Shown one piece after another: positions 11,368-21,448 of a DNA stretch of 64,000 bases. Under the pieces are notes generated by a model, which made no database searches, had not been told where the DNA came from, and worked only from the letters and a program-made list of their open reading frames with translations. The stretch is from assembly GCA_050950285.1 (NCBI GenBank), contig JBMNHG010000003.1, forward strand, positions 678,337-742,336. Reading direction: 5' to 3'. This DNA comes from Kiritimatiellia bacterium (GTDB lineage Bacteria > Verrucomicrobiota > Kiritimatiellia > RFP12 > JBMNHG01). Each line of letters begins with the position of its first letter. Within the stretch, counting starts at the first letter, position 1. The translations under genes and the position numbers were made by a program.

Positions 11368-12072
11368 ATGGCAGAAGCGGTCATCTGGCTTACCGAGGAC
11401 GATCCCGACATCCGCGAGCTGGTTCGCTACCACCTCGAACGCGCAGGGTATGCCTTTGCCTGCGATGCCACGCTGAAGGCCACGCGCGCCCGCATGGCCC
11501 GGCGACAGCCCGACTTGCTCCTGCTGGATCTGATGCTGCCGGATGGCAACGGACTCGACTACTGCCGCGAACTGCGCCGGGAGAAGGCCACCGCAGACCT
11601 CCCCATCATCATGCTGACGGCGCGCGACGAGGATACCGATGTCGTCGTCGGCCTGGAAGTCGGCGCCGACGACTATCTCACCAAGCCCTTCAGCCCGCGC
11701 ATCCTGCTGGCCCGCATCCGCGCCGTCCTGCGCCGGCACCAGGCCGCGGAAGACATCGGCGGCGACGACGTCGTCGTCCGCGGCCCGCTGCGGATCGACA
11801 AGGAACATTTCACCGCGACGCTCGATGGAAGCCCGCTCGCCTTGACGCGCAGCGAGTTCCATTTGCTTCGACTGCTGGCCCGCCGGCCGGGCATCGTCTT
11901 CTCGCGCGACCGGATCGTGGACGCCATCCATGGCCCGGACTATGCCGTCACCGACCGATCCGTCGACGTGATGGTCGCCAGCCTGCGGCGCAAGCTGGGA
12001 ACCCATGCAGGGCTCGTCGAGACGGTCAGGGGCGTGGGCTACCGCTTCCGCGCCGATACGGAGAACGCATGA
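11368..12072 (+). CDS. phoB: OmpR/PhoB-family response regulator
   Basis: LLLLDLMLP, GADDYLTKPF, winged-helix RSVDV...ETVRGVGY; operon context. Confidence 0.9.
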   Translation: MAEAVIWLTEDDPDIRELVRYHLERAGYAFACDATLKATRARMARRQPDLLLLDLMLPDGNGLDYCRELRREKATADLPIIMLTARDEDTDVVVGLEVGADDYLTKPFSPRILLARIRAVLRRHQAAEDIGGDDVVVRGPLRIDKEHFTATLDGSPLALTRSEFHLLRLLARRPGIVFSRDRIVDAIHGPDYAVTDRSVDVMVASLRRKLGTHAGLVETVRGVGYRFRADTENA

Positions 12073-13901
12073 AACGCAATCTCTTCTGGGCACTCTTCGG
12101 CCCCCAGCTTGTCATCCTGCTGGCCTGCATCCTGAGCCTGGCGGCCTTCGCCTGGCACAGCAACCGGAAGGCGGTCTCCAGCGAGAGCCTGCGTGTGCTG
12201 GAAACACAGGCCACGCTGGCATCGCGGCTCGTGCGGGATGGCCGCGGCGGCCTGAAGACGCCGGACGAGCTGGAGGCGCTGTGCGACCAGATCTTCGAGG
12301 AGACCGGCCAGCGCATGACCGTCGTCTCCCCCGAGGGCCGCGTGCTGGCCGATACCGTTGCCGCCCCTGGCACGACCTTGGGGTCGCATGCCGACCGTCC
12401 CGAGATCGTCGACGCCCTGAGCAGGGGCACCGGCCACAGCGAGCGCTTCAGCGCCACCCTGCGGCAGAAGATGCACTACGTGGCCCGTGTGGTTGCCGAC
12501 GCGTCCGGCACGCCGTTGGCCGTGGTTCGCGTGGCCGTCCCCCGCGAGGCCTTCGATGCGCCGTTGCGCCGCTCCCTGTTCTTCTTTTCCCTGCTGCTGG
12601 TCCTGATCCTGGGTTCCTCGGTCGGCCTGAGCTACCTCTTCTCGCAGCGCGTCACGCGCCCGGTCAGGGCCATGCTCAAGGGGCTGATCCGCATGGGTTC
12701 GGGCAATCTGGGCCACCGTCTGCCGGCCCCGCGCATCCCCCATCTCGCGTTCCTGACCCGCGCCATCAACGAGACAAGCGAACGCCTGGAACAACAGGTG
12801 CGCCAGCTTGCCAACGAGCGCGCCCTGCGCGAAGGCATCCTCGGCGGCATGCGCGAGGGGGTCCTGGCGCTGGACCATAAGCGTCGCATCGTACTGATCA
12901 ACCAGGCCGCCCGGACACTGCTCCAGCTCGAATCGCGCCCGGTCGAAGGCGAACTGCTGGATCTCGTCGTACCGTGCGTCGATCTGCTGGCGCTGGCCGA
13001 TAGCGTTGCCGCCAATCCCGAGCCGCTCGCCGCCGAAATCAACTTCCACACCCCTGGGCGGAAGTCGGCACAGTTCCTGGCAGGCGCCAGCCGCTGGCGC
13101 AGCGCCGAGGGCAACCAGGACGGCTTGCTCATCATCCTCAACGACATGACCCACATCCGGAGGCTGGAGCAGATCCGCCGCGACTTCGTAGCCAACGTCT
13201 CGCATGAGCTGCGCACCCCCGTAACCTCCATCAAGGGCTTTGCCGAGACCCTGCTCGATGCGCCGCCGGACGACGAGGCGACCCGTCGGCGTTTCATGGA
13301 GATCATCCTCAAGCAGACGCTGCAGATCGAGAAGATCCTCTCCGACATGCTGCTGCTGGCGCGGCTGGAGGACGCCGGCATCGAGCTGGCCGTCGAGCCC
13401 GTCGACGTGCGGCAACTGGTCGAGCACTCCTGCGAGCTGTGCGATTCGCGCGCCGCCGCCAGCCAGGTGACGCTGCGCCAGGAGATACCCGCAGGCTTGA
13501 CCGTTCCGGGCCATGCCCACCTGCTCGAACAGGCGCTCGTCAACCTGATCGACAACGCGATCAAGCACGGCGGCGGAGGCCGTACCGTCACGATACGCGC
13601 CGTATCCCGGAACCAGACGCTCCGCCTCACGGTACAGGATCAAGGTTCCGGCATCGATTCGGCGCAGGCCGAACGCGTCTTCGAGCGCTTCTACCGGCTC
13701 GACGCGGGCCGCAGCCGCGACCGCGGCGGGAGCGGACTGGGACTGGCCGTCGTCAAGCACGTCGTCCGCGTGCACCATGGCGCCGTCAGCTTCGAGAACC
13801 TCAAGGAGGGTGGCTGCGCCTTCCACGTCGATCTCCCGCTGGCGATGCCCTCGGAGGCATCCGGCAAAAATGCATCGGGAAGCACGACGGGTGCTTCGTA
13901 G
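12069..13901 (+). CDS. phoR: Sensor histidine kinase (2 TM, HAMP, PAS, HisKA, HATPase)
   Basis: DFVANVSHELRTP, NLIDNAIK, DQGSGI, GGSGLGLA. Confidence 0.9.
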   Translation: MKRNLFWALFGPQLVILLACILSLAAFAWHSNRKAVSSESLRVLETQATLASRLVRDGRGGLKTPDELEALCDQIFEETGQRMTVVSPEGRVLADTVAAPGTTLGSHADRPEIVDALSRGTGHSERFSATLRQKMHYVARVVADASGTPLAVVRVAVPREAFDAPLRRSLFFFSLLLVLILGSSVGLSYLFSQRVTRPVRAMLKGLIRMGSGNLGHRLPAPRIPHLAFLTRAINETSERLEQQVRQLANERALREGILGGMREGVLALDHKRRIVLINQAARTLLQLESRPVEGELLDLVVPCVDLLALADSVAANPEPLAAEINFHTPGRKSAQFLAGASRWRSAEGNQDGLLIILNDMTHIRRLEQIRRDFVANVSHELRTPVTSIKGFAETLLDAPPDDEATRRRFMEIILKQTLQIEKILSDMLLLARLEDAGIELAVEPVDVRQLVEHSCELCDSRAAASQVTLRQEIPAGLTVPGHAHLLEQALVNLIDNAIKHGGGGRTVTIRAVSRNQTLRLTVQDQGSGIDSAQAERVFERFYRLDAGRSRDRGGSGLGLAVVKHVVRVHHGAVSFENLKEGGCAFHVDLPLAMPSEASGKNASGSTTGAS

Positions 13902-13933
13902 GCGGCTTCACGGGCTTTCGGACCGGACAACTG

Positions 13934-13973
13934 ACTGCGCCCCCTGCGACTGCCGGGGGCGCAGTTGTGTTGT
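13934..13973 (+). terminator. Hairpin after phoR, possible terminator
   Basis: ACTGCGCCCCC (13934-13944) pairs with GGGGGCGCAGT (13955-13965), followed by TGTGTTGT; weak U-tract. Confidence 0.45.
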
Positions 13974-14054
13974 CCCTTCCTCCTCGCATGCCGTGCCCCA
14001 TGCCGCGAATTGCCGGGTTGCCAGGATTCTGTCCGCCGTTTATGCTTCTCCGTC

Positions 14055-16058
14055 ATGATTGAATTTCGGAATGTCGCCATCCGCTACGGTACCCAGGAGG
14101 TCCTCCAGGACGTAAACCTGCGCGTGACCGCCGGCGAGCGCATCGGAATCGTCGGACCGAACGGCGCGGGCAAGACCACCCTCTTCCGCATCATCCTCGG
14201 GGAGCATTCCCCCGACGCCGGCGAGGTCGTCCGCGAAGGCAGCCCGCGAATCGGATACGTACGCCAGCACCTCCGGGCTGCGGACGCCGCCGAAACGCTG
14301 CTCGCCTATACGCTGCGCGGCCTCTCGGAGGTCCGGGGGATCGAGGCGCGCATCCACGAGTGCGAGGCATCGCTCGCCACCGCGGACGAATCCTCCCGCG
14401 AGCGCCTCCTCGCCGAACTCGGCGAACTGCAGACAACCTTCGAGCATCTCGGCGGCTACCATGTGGAATCGCAGGTGAAAATCGCCCTGGGAGGGCTCGG
14501 CTTCCCGGAGGCGGAATTCGAAAGGCCCTTCGCCTCGTTCAGCGGCGGATGGCAAATGCGCGCCGAACTCGCCCGCGTGCTCGCCACCGCCCCCGAACTC
14601 CTCCTGCTCGACGAACCTTCGAACTACCTCGACCTCCCCGCCGTCGAATGGCTCCAGCGCTTTCTGAGGGGGTACGACGGAACGCTGCTGCTGATCTCGC
14701 ACGATCGCTATTTGCTCCGCCAGCTGACCACGCTCACCGTGGAGGTGGATGCCGGAACGGCGACGCGCTACGCGGGCGACCTCGACTACTACCTCCGCGA
14801 ACGGGAGCAGCGCTACGCCGTTCTCCTTGCGGCAAAACGAAACCAGGATCGTCTCCGGGAGCAGGCCGAACGCTTTGTCGAGCGCTTCAAGGCCAAAGCC
14901 ACCAAAGCCTCGCAGGCGCAAAGCCGCATGCGCGCCATCGAGAAAATGGAGGAAATCCGCCTGCCGAAGCGCGGCCGCTACGCGGGTGCAGTCCGAATCG
15001 CCCGCGCGCCCCACGCCGGCGCCCAGATTGCGCGTTTCGAGGACGTGGCGTTCAGCTACGACGGCGTCCGCAACGTCTTCGAACACGTGGACCTCGAAAT
15101 TGGACGGGGCGAAAAAATCGCCGTGGTGGGGTACAACGGCATGGGGAAGACCACGCTCATCCGTCTGCTCGCGGCCGTGCGGGAACCCTCCGCCGGGAAG
15201 GTGGTCCTGGGCCACCACGTGATCCCCGGCTATGTGTCGCAAGACTTCTCCGAGACGATTCCTCCCGAGATCAGCGTCCTGGAGTGCGCCAAGCGCGCCG
15301 CGCCACAACGGACCGAGAAAGACCTGCGGTCGCAGCTGGGCGCATTCGGTTTTGACGCCGACGACATCGGCAAGCTCACGCAGGTGCTGAGCGGCGGCGA
15401 AAAGATCCGTCTCGCATTCCTCCGGCTCTTCCTCCAGCCGCCGAACTTCCTGCTTCTCGACGAGCCCACGACGCATCTCGACATGGAAGGGCGCACCATG
15501 CTCGAGAAGGCTCTCCAGGACTACGACGGCACAGTGTGCCTGGTGAGCCACGACGTCGACTTCGTACGCAATGTGGCCAACGCCATCTTCGAAATCTCCC
15601 CGCGCGGCGTGCGGCGTTTCCCTGGCGGATACGACTATTACCGCGAGAAGATCGCGGCGGACGAGGCTGCGCGGGACGGCGAACCGGTTGTGCCCGGCGA
15701 CAGCCCGTCCAAACAGTCCACCGACGCCCCCAACGCGTCGGGAGCCACGCTTTCCGGACGCGACCTCCGCCGCCTCCGCGCCCGGGAACGCCAGCGACGC
15801 CAGCCGCGCATCGCCGCGTTGCGGAAGCAGGTCGAGAAATCCGAAGCCCGTATCGTCGCGCTCGAAGAAGAGATGCGCGAGCTCGAGCTGGACATCGCCG
15901 CCGGCGCCGACGCAAAGGATTATGCGGGAAGCTGCCGTCGCTTCAAGGAGGCCCAGGACGAGCTGGACGCCGCGAACGCACTCTGGGAAAAGGCGGGCTC
16001 CGAACTGGAGGAACTCCTCCTCGATCAGGAAAACGCCTTGGCCGCTTTGGAAGGGTGA
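14055..16058 (+). CDS. ABC-F family ATPase (YheS/Uup-like) with C-terminal coiled coil
   Basis: Two NBDs (GPNGAGKTT/FSGGWQMR/LLLDEPSNYLD and GYNGMGKTT/LSGGEKIR/LLLDEPTTHLD), linker KAKATKASQAQSR, no TM segments. Confidence 0.93.
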   Translation: MIEFRNVAIRYGTQEVLQDVNLRVTAGERIGIVGPNGAGKTTLFRIILGEHSPDAGEVVREGSPRIGYVRQHLRAADAAETLLAYTLRGLSEVRGIEARIHECEASLATADESSRERLLAELGELQTTFEHLGGYHVESQVKIALGGLGFPEAEFERPFASFSGGWQMRAELARVLATAPELLLLDEPSNYLDLPAVEWLQRFLRGYDGTLLLISHDRYLLRQLTTLTVEVDAGTATRYAGDLDYYLREREQRYAVLLAAKRNQDRLREQAERFVERFKAKATKASQAQSRMRAIEKMEEIRLPKRGRYAGAVRIARAPHAGAQIARFEDVAFSYDGVRNVFEHVDLEIGRGEKIAVVGYNGMGKTTLIRLLAAVREPSAGKVVLGHHVIPGYVSQDFSETIPPEISVLECAKRAAPQRTEKDLRSQLGAFGFDADDIGKLTQVLSGGEKIRLAFLRLFLQPPNFLLLDEPTTHLDMEGRTMLEKALQDYDGTVCLVSHDVDFVRNVANAIFEISPRGVRRFPGGYDYYREKIAADEAARDGEPVVPGDSPSKQSTDAPNASGATLSGRDLRRLRARERQRRQPRIAALRKQVEKSEARIVALEEEMRELELDIAAGADAKDYAGSCRRFKEAQDELDAANALWEKAGSELEELLLDQENALAALEG

Positions 16059-16290
16059 GACGCGCCTCTCGAATCCGTCTTCCCGGTCGCTCCGCCGCGT
16101 TGCGTGGCAATCGGCCGGCGACAGGGGCGTGGGGCGGGTCGAGTGCGTGTCTTGTGCGTCCGCATCCGGGATGGGAATGGCCGCCTTGCTTGCCGGCCGC
16201 CAGGCCACGCCCAGGCGCTTCCGGGCGTCCGGGAAGTGGCAAGGATTCTGCTATCCGTGACTTTCCACCCTGAAGACACTGGCTTTCACC

Positions 16291-19200
16291 ATGAAGACAC
16301 TCCTCCCGATCGCCGCACTTCTCGCCGTTCCGATGGTCGCGACCGCCACCGAAACCGAACACAACACCATCCCCATCTTCCCGGCTCCCGGCCCCGTCAC
16401 GATCGACGGCGGCTTCTCGGACTGGAATCTCGCGGGGTCCGTTCTCATCTGCTCCGATGTCGAGAACTATCGCGACCAGTTCTCCTCCTGGCAGTCCGCG
16501 ATGTACGACGCGGACAACCTCTACTTCCTCTCGCGCTGGAACGACACCACGCCGCTGAACAACCCCGGCCTCTGCGGAGCGGACGCCGGTTTCGCCGGCG
16601 ACTGCCTGCAGCTGCGCATCGTCACCAACACCTCCGGCGATGCCGACAAGGGCGGCGGCGTGGAACGCACCGTCCACCTCGACGGTTGGCGCGGCCGCGA
16701 CGGCCGCGACGTCGTCTCGGCCCAGTACGGAAAGCAGTTCGACCAGGAGAAGCACGACGATCTCAAGGAGCTCGGCGCCCGCCAGGCCTTTCGCGTGGAC
16801 GACGACGGGAAGGGCTACGTCCAGGAGATCGCCATCCCCTGGAAGCTCCTCTGCGCCGAAGGGTACACGCCCAAGGCCGGGGATTCCATCCTCCTCACCT
16901 ACGAGCCGAACTTCGGCACGGAGTCGAAGCTCCGCATCACCACGAAGGACGTCTTCCGCAAGGGTGTCGTCCCCGACCGCGTCTTCATGTTCATGGCCTC
17001 GCAGCACTGGGCGCCGGTAAAGCTTCTGGCCGAGGCTCCCTCCGCCCCGCCCCCCGTCCGCCTCTCCGACGGCCGCACCTTCCCGGTGGCCCTCGGCGAA
17101 GGCGGGGCGATGGACGTCGATTGGACGGGGCTCGTCAAGAGCGACAAGCCCGAAGGCTTCCTGCCCATCGCCTTCGACATGCCGGAGGACGGCTATGTGT
17201 CGATGATCCTCCGCGACGCCGACGGCTACGTCGTGCGCAACCTCCTCAACGGGACGTTCTTCGTGAAGGGACGCCAGGAGGTGCTCTGGGACGGGCTGAC
17301 CACGCCGAGCGACCGCCGTCCGGGCGACCCCGTCCCCGCCGGCGAATACACCTGGGAGGCCATCTGTCACAAAGGCGCGAATCTGACGCTGGTGGGCTGG
17401 GCCCACAACGCCGGCGTCGCCCCCTACGATTGCCCCGGCGGAAACTGGGGCGGCGACCACGGCTGCCCCTCGGCCGTCGAGTGCGCCGAAGACTCCGTAT
17501 ACCTCGGCTGGACGGCCGCGGAAGCCGGCCAGGGCATCGTCTGCGCCGATTTGACCGGCAAGGTGAAGTGGCGCCACAAGCGCGGCGGATTCGGGGGCGC
17601 ACACCGCATCGCGGCCGAAGGCGGCTTCGTCTACGTCTACGACCTCTCCCACGACAACGCCATCTACCGCCTCTCCGCGGCCAACGGCGAATACGCCTCC
17701 TTCGAAGGCACCACCGCGACCGACTTCTCCGTTGCGGAGATCCTCGCCCCCTTCGCCCCGCCCGACTTCGAGGCCTTCGCCTTCCACGCGAACGGGCTCG
17801 CCGCCCTCGACGGCAGGCTCTACCTCTCCTGGGATCCCGCTGCCGAGCACAAGGACGGCAAGGGCGGCGTCATCGCCGTGCTGGACGCCGCCACCCGCCG
17901 CTGCATCGGCTCCATCCGGCTCGATGCCCCCCGCGGCGTGAAGACCGGCGCGGACGGCAGGCTCTACGCCATCGACGGCGAAACCATCGTCCGCATCGAC
18001 CCCGTCCGACTCGACGCCACGCCCATCGCCAGGCAGCCCGGCGCCGTCGCGGTGGCCGCGGACGCCGAAGGCAACCTCTACGTCGCCCTGGATGACGCCC
18101 GCGGCAACACCGTGCAGGTCTTCTCCGCCGACGGCGGACTCCGGCGTTCCATCGGCGACGCCGGCGGCCGCCCGCTCCAGGGCCCGTGGGTCGCCACCGG
18201 CCTCCGCTTCATGAAGGATCTCGACGTCGGCGCCGACGGCATGCTGTGGATCTCCGAGGAGGACGATCGCCCCAAACGCTTCTCCCAATGGACCGCCGCC
18301 ACCGGCGAACTCGTGAAGGAATTCTTCGGGCCCTCGGCCTACGGCGCGCTCGGCGGCGCCATCTGCCCGACGGACCCCCTGACGATGGTCGGCCAGGGGT
18401 GCGAATGGAAGATCGACCCCGAGACCGGCCATGCCGCCTGCGTGGGCGTGGTCGTTCGCGACTGTCCATGGAGCAACGTCCGCTTCGGCCAGGCGCCCGA
18501 CGGCCGCGTCCTGCTCGCCGTCACCGGCTGGTGGCTGGATGGCGACCAGGACATACGCATCTTCGAACGCCTCGGCCCCGGCGACTGGGCGCTCCGCACG
18601 ACGCTCGGCCGCATCTTCAACGACCCCGCCAACCGGAACTCCGGACTCGTCGGCGTGCGCGTCTGGGCCGATGCCAACGGCGACCAGGCCGAACAGCCGG
18701 ACGAAGTGGCCGAACATCGCATCGAGCTCGGCGGCTGGATCAACCGCTGGTACATGCCGATGAACCAGAAACTGGTCTTCACGGCCGGGCCGTACGTCGT
18801 CGCGCCCACCGGCTGGACCGCCTGCGGCGCGCCCCGGTACGACTTCGCGCAGTACGAGCCCATGAACATCGACCCCGGGGAAATGGCCGCCAACCGCCTG
18901 GGCGCCGATCGCGGAGGAATCGTCTCCGAAGACGGAACGAAGGTGATCTTCAACGCCTTCTATGGCGTGCAGCACGGCGAAAACCCCTGCTACGACCTCA
19001 CGACCGGCAAACGCCTCTTCATCTACCCCAGCAACTACGTGGGCGTCCACGGCGGCCACAGCGCGCCGCCCGCCAAGCAGGGCCTCATCCGTGCCGCGTA
19101 CGACTTCGTCGGGACCGTCGAGATGCCCGCCCCGCTCGGCAACCTCTTCTTCGTGGGCACCGACAGGGGCGAATGGCACATCCTGAACGACCGCGGATTC

Positions 19201-20184
19201 TACGTGTCCTCGCTCTTCGAGGGCGACCCCATGCGCATCCAATGGCCCGCCGAAGCGATCCCCGGCGCCAACCTGAACAACATCCCGCCCGGCATGGGCG
19301 CCGAAGATTTCGGCGGCTCCATCATCAAGGCGACGGACGGACGCATCTACGTGCAGTGCGGCAAGACCGCTTTCATCAACGCCCGTCTCGACGGACTCGA
19401 AACCGCGCGGGAGATCCCCGGCGGCACGCTGTCCATCGGCAACGCCGAACTCGTCCAGGCCGAGCGGTTCAAGGCCAAGTACCTCTCGGTCGGCGACTCC
19501 GCCGCCGAGTGGACCGCCCCGCGCCGCGAAGTCGCCTTCACCGGGGACCCCCGTCGCGACTTCGGCATCGACGGCGTCTCCTACGGTCCGGACAACGCGC
19601 GCGTCACCTCCTGGCTCGCCCACGACGGCAGCAACCTCCTGCTCGCCTGGCAGGTGCACGACGCCACGCCGTGGGTGAACGGTGCGCCCGGCTTCGAAAA
19701 CATGTACGCGATGGGCGACACGGTCGACTTCCAGCTCGGCACCGATACCGCCGCGGATCCCAAGCGCGACGACGCCGTCCTGGGCGACCTCCGGCTCTCC
19801 ATCGGCTCGCGCAACGGCGGCGAACCCGAAGCCGTCCTCTACCGCAAGGTGTCGGAAACGAAGGCCCCGAAGGTCTTCCACTCCGGCGTTTGGGCCAACT
19901 ACGAGATGGACTACGTGGCCAAGGTGCCCGACGCCGTGATCCAGGCCTTCCCCGGCGGCAACGGCTACGTGGTCGAGGCGTCCATCCCCGCCGCCGCGCT
20001 CGGTTTCGAACTGGAACCCGGCCTTGCGCTCAAGGGCGACTTCGGCGTGACCTTCGGCGATCCCGCCGGCAAGGACACGATCCTGCGCACCTACTGGGCG
20101 AACCAGGCCGCCGGAATCGTGGCCGACGAAGTGGCCGAGCTGATGATCCGTCCCTCGCTCTGGGGCTCGATCGTCTTCGAATAG
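16291..20184 (+). CDS. Large secreted protein: CBM9-like terminal domains, FlgD-like Ig domain, NHL/beta-propeller core
   Basis: Signal peptide; IDGGFSDW and YVQEIAIPW (N-term), YVVEASIP (C-term); VVRNLL...VLWDG; AVAADAEGNLYVA...NTVQVFSADG repeats; WADANGDQAEQPDE. Confidence 0.75.
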   Translation: MKTLLPIAALLAVPMVATATETEHNTIPIFPAPGPVTIDGGFSDWNLAGSVLICSDVENYRDQFSSWQSAMYDADNLYFLSRWNDTTPLNNPGLCGADAGFAGDCLQLRIVTNTSGDADKGGGVERTVHLDGWRGRDGRDVVSAQYGKQFDQEKHDDLKELGARQAFRVDDDGKGYVQEIAIPWKLLCAEGYTPKAGDSILLTYEPNFGTESKLRITTKDVFRKGVVPDRVFMFMASQHWAPVKLLAEAPSAPPPVRLSDGRTFPVALGEGGAMDVDWTGLVKSDKPEGFLPIAFDMPEDGYVSMILRDADGYVVRNLLNGTFFVKGRQEVLWDGLTTPSDRRPGDPVPAGEYTWEAICHKGANLTLVGWAHNAGVAPYDCPGGNWGGDHGCPSAVECAEDSVYLGWTAAEAGQGIVCADLTGKVKWRHKRGGFGGAHRIAAEGGFVYVYDLSHDNAIYRLSAANGEYASFEGTTATDFSVAEILAPFAPPDFEAFAFHANGLAALDGRLYLSWDPAAEHKDGKGGVIAVLDAATRRCIGSIRLDAPRGVKTGADGRLYAIDGETIVRIDPVRLDATPIARQPGAVAVAADAEGNLYVALDDARGNTVQVFSADGGLRRSIGDAGGRPLQGPWVATGLRFMKDLDVGADGMLWISEEDDRPKRFSQWTAATGELVKEFFGPSAYGALGGAICPTDPLTMVGQGCEWKIDPETGHAACVGVVVRDCPWSNVRFGQAPDGRVLLAVTGWWLDGDQDIRIFERLGPGDWALRTTLGRIFNDPANRNSGLVGVRVWADANGDQAEQPDEVAEHRIELGGWINRWYMPMNQKLVFTAGPYVVAPTGWTACGAPRYDFAQYEPMNIDPGEMAANRLGADRGGIVSEDGTKVIFNAFYGVQHGENPCYDLTTGKRLFIYPSNYVGVHGGHSAPPAKQGLIRAAYDFVGTVEMPAPLGNLFFVGTDRGEWHILNDRGFYVSSLFEGDPMRIQWPAEAIPGANLNNIPPGMGAEDFGGSIIKATDGRIYVQCGKTAFINARLDGLETAREIPGGTLSIGNAELVQAERFKAKYLSVGDSAAEWTAPRREVAFTGDPRRDFGIDGVSYGPDNARVTSWLAHDGSNLLLAWQVHDATPWVNGAPGFENMYAMGDTVDFQLGTDTAADPKRDDAVLGDLRLSIGSRNGGEPEAVLYRKVSETKAPKVFHSGVWANYEMDYVAKVPDAVIQAFPGGNGYVVEASIPAAALGFELEPGLALKGDFGVTFGDPAGKDTILRTYWANQAAGIVADEVAELMIRPSLWGSIVFE

Positions 20185-20210
20185 CCGCCGTCCGCTTCCG
20201 CGGAAACGTC

Positions 20211-20240
20211 TTGACGGTCCCGTGGAAGCCGCACTACCTT
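20211..20240 (+). promoter_or_regulatory. Candidate sigma70 promoter for the SDR gene
   Basis: TTGACG (20211-20216), 18 bp, TACCTT (20235-20240). Confidence 0.3.
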
Positions 20241-20309
20241 TGCCCTGTCTCCCGGTGCGCCCGGCCATCCGTCGTCGCGGCGCGCCGTTCCATCGAATCG
20301 AGGTCCCCC

Positions 20310-21377
20310 ATGCTTTGTCTTGCGCTTCCCGTGCTTCGCGGCCTGCTGGCCGAATCCGCGACCCTGCCGCTTCTCGCCCTCTCCGACGCCCCGGCGCCCG
20401 ACGGCGCGCCGCGTTTTCCCGCCGTACCGGCGGACGCCGGCGCCGACGCCCTCGCCGCCCTCTGGCGGCCTGCCGCGGAAGCGGCCGCCGGCGCGGACGT
20501 CGTCGCCATCGACGGTCTCGGCGCCGTGACCGTCCGGTGCCCCTGCGCCTGCGGCCGAGCCGGAGGGAAGGTGTGCGTCGTGACCGGCGCCGCCCAGGGC
20601 TTCGGCAACGAAATCGCGGCCGACCTCGCCCGCCAGGGCGCCCGTCTCGTGCTGGCGGACATCAACGAAGCGGGCGTCCGCGCCGCCGCCGAAGCCATGA
20701 ACGCCCTCGCCGGCGCCCCCGTGGCCATCGGCCTCACGGTGGACGTCGCGAACGCGGAGTCGATGGCGCGGGCCGTCGAGGAGACCGTCAAGGCCTATGG
20801 CGGCATCGACCTGCTCGTCTCCAACGCCGGCGTGGTGCGCTCCGGCAGCGTGATGACGCTTCCCGTGAAGGACTTCGATTTCGTCACCACCGTGAACTAC
20901 AAGGGATTCTTCGTGTGTACGCAGGCCGTCGCCCCCGTGATGGCGGCGCAGCATGCCGCATGTCCGGGGCGGTGGAGCGACATCGTGCAGATCAACAGCA
21001 AATCCGGCCTCGAAGGCTCGAACAAGAACGCCGCCTACGCAGGCAGCAAGTTCGGCGGGATCGGCCTGGTGCAGAGCTTCGCGCTCGAACTCGTCGCCCA
21101 TGGCATCAAGGTCAACGCCATCTGCCCCGGCAACTTCCTCGACGGCCCGCTGTGGTCGGATCCCGTGAAGGGGCTCTTCGTCCAGTACTTCCAGGCCGGC
21201 AAGGTGCCGGGCGCGAAGAGCGTGGAGGACGTCCGGAAGTTCTACGAGGGCAAGGTCCCGATGGGACGCGGCTGCTCCACGCCCGACGTGATGCACGCGC
21301 TCTACTACCTCATGGAACAGCAATACGAAACGGGGCAGGCGGTTCCCGTGACCGGCGGCCAGGTGATGCTCAACTAG
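20310..21377 (+). CDS. SDR oxidoreductase, sorbitol-6-phosphate 2-dehydrogenase-like, with ~85-aa N-terminal extension
   Basis: VTGAAQGFG, SNAG, QINSKSG, YAGSKFGG, ICPGNFLDGPLW, TGQAVPVTGGQVM. Confidence 0.85.
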   Translation: MLCLALPVLRGLLAESATLPLLALSDAPAPDGAPRFPAVPADAGADALAALWRPAAEAAAGADVVAIDGLGAVTVRCPCACGRAGGKVCVVTGAAQGFGNEIAADLARQGARLVLADINEAGVRAAAEAMNALAGAPVAIGLTVDVANAESMARAVEETVKAYGGIDLLVSNAGVVRSGSVMTLPVKDFDFVTTVNYKGFFVCTQAVAPVMAAQHAACPGRWSDIVQINSKSGLEGSNKNAAYAGSKFGGIGLVQSFALELVAHGIKVNAICPGNFLDGPLWSDPVKGLFVQYFQAGKVPGAKSVEDVRKFYEGKVPMGRGCSTPDVMHALYYLMEQQYETGQAVPVTGGQVMLN

Positions 21378-21448
21378 GCCCGGACCGCGCCGGGTGGCCC
21401 GCCCGGCTCCCCGTTCCGGTTTCGCGGCGCGCCGCCCGCGACGGCCGT

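Noticed and set aside
15943..20268. Very long antisense or alternate-frame ORFs (e.g. 15943-20268, 8423-11305, 59598-63395, 49580-53275)
   Set aside because: They are shadows of real genes in high-GC DNA, with no motifs and complete overlap with better-supported CDSs.
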